In this document: one piece after another, positions 63,297 to 64,000 of the stretch
Position numbering within the stretch: position 1 is the first letter of the stretch
Layout: the number at the start of each line of letters is the position of its first letter
Notes under the pieces: generated by a model
Told to the model about the DNA's origin: nothing
The model's database searches: none
Seen by the model: the letters and a program-made list of their open reading frames with translations, nothing else
DNA from: Sedimentisphaerales bacterium
GTDB lineage: Bacteria; Planctomycetota; Phycisphaerae; Sedimentisphaerales; Anaerobacaceae
Assembly: GCA_963708075.1 (NCBI GenBank)
Contig: OY970194.1
Location: 6,528,001 to 6,592,000, forward strand
DNA length: 64,000 nt
Direction of reading: 5' to 3'
Position numbers and translations under genes: made by a program

Positions 63297-64000
63297 ATGG
63301 GCAACCGTGTCCGTGTCGTGCACAGGTCTTTCGTCTTGCTCGTTCTCGCAGGGATCTTCATGGCAGCCGTCTCAGGGTGCAACTCGCCGGAGAAGCTGTC
63401 GCAGGTACCGGAGAATCCGCCGCAGCCGGTGCAGAAACCCGACGAGGGCTCGCCTGCCGCCGCTGTGAAGGAATCACCGGTGCAGAAGCCTGCTGACAGC
63501 ATGCCTGCCGTCGCTGTGAAAGAACCCCCAGTGCAGACGCCCGATGGCGGCTCGCCTGCCGCGGTGAAGGAAACATCGGCGCAGAAACCTGGTGACAGCG
63601 TGCCTGCCGTTGCTGTGAAGGAGCCGGCGGTACAAAAGCCGGATGACAGCTCGCCTGCTGCGGCTGTGAAGGAAGCGCCGGCACAGAAGCCCGAAAGCGA
63701 CTCGCCGGCCGCCACCGTGAAAGAACCGCCGGTGGGCGTGGTCGCCAGGATCGGCGAGCATGAGGTCACGAGGGACGAGTTGATTCAACAGCTTCTGCAG
63801 GAGATTCGGCCGCGCAGCGAAGAGTACATCGCTCCGCAGAAGCCGGTCACTGCCGAGGCGGTCCTGCTCGACCTGATTGCGGAGAAGGCCATGATGATGG
63901 AGGGACGCAAGCTCGGGTCTCTCAACGATCCGCTCCTGCAAGCCTACATTGAGCGACAGAAGAAACAGAAGCTCGGCAGCATGGTCGTGCTGGACTACGT
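63297..64000 (+). CDS. Lipoprotein with six ~17-aa Pro/Ala repeats, then a probable SurA/PpiC-type foldase domain (runs off the window)
   Basis: RBS GAGGA; VSG-C lipobox; repeats PVQKPxxxSPAAAVKE; VVARIGEHEVTRDEL. Confidence 0.7.
   Translation, partial: MGNRVRVVHRSFVLLVLAGIFMAAVSGCNSPEKLSQVPENPPQPVQKPDEGSPAAAVKESPVQKPADSMPAVAVKEPPVQTPDGGSPAAVKETSAQKPGDSVPAVAVKEPAVQKPDDSSPAAAVKEAPAQKPESDSPAATVKEPPVGVVARIGEHEVTRDELIQQLLQEIRPRSEEYIAPQKPVTAEAVLLDLIAEKAMMMEGRKLGSLNDPLLQAYIERQKKQKLGSMVVLDY

Noticed and set aside
1..64000. tRNA, rRNA, integrase, reverse transcriptase or prophage genes
   Set aside because: None recognised by eye.

Overview
GC-rich bacterial chromosomal window, inferred to be Planctomycetota (Phycisphaerae-like) from the H-X9-DG prepilin-like proteins, PilX-like paralogs and a PEP-CTERM protein. 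From left to right it carries: an acyltransferase; a TolC/MacA/ATPase/2x MacB export operon; a signal-peptide-bearing O-methyltransferase; a CotH-LTD protein; hydrolases; three PilX-like paralogs; four H-X9-DG proteins; an NhaC antiporter; a GH116 glycosidase; a repeat-saturated accessory zone (HNH-AP2 nuclease, RelE/XRE toxin-antitoxin, GNAT); and housekeeping genes dapB, nusA-infB-rbfA and hisG. Main observations: (1) An IS110-family, IS1111-type element at 23362-25039 has a ~525-nt downstream non-coding region containing readable guide segments that match both halves of its own target site and its donor end, i.e. a decodable bridge/seek RNA. (2) All five frameshifts in host genes are the same +1 insertion turning GAGACC/GGTCTC into GAGAACC/GGTTCTC. 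This is most likely a basecalling footprint of a modified motif. (3) Two MITE families have 7-8-bp target duplications and interchangeable palindromic interiors; one copy is split by an IS630 at a TA. (4) A transposase-less low-GC cassette at 29032-32010 has directly repeated ends, duplicated unannotated micro-ORFs and a head-to-head dinD/P63C junction. All calls come from reading the sequence by eye; no database searches were run.
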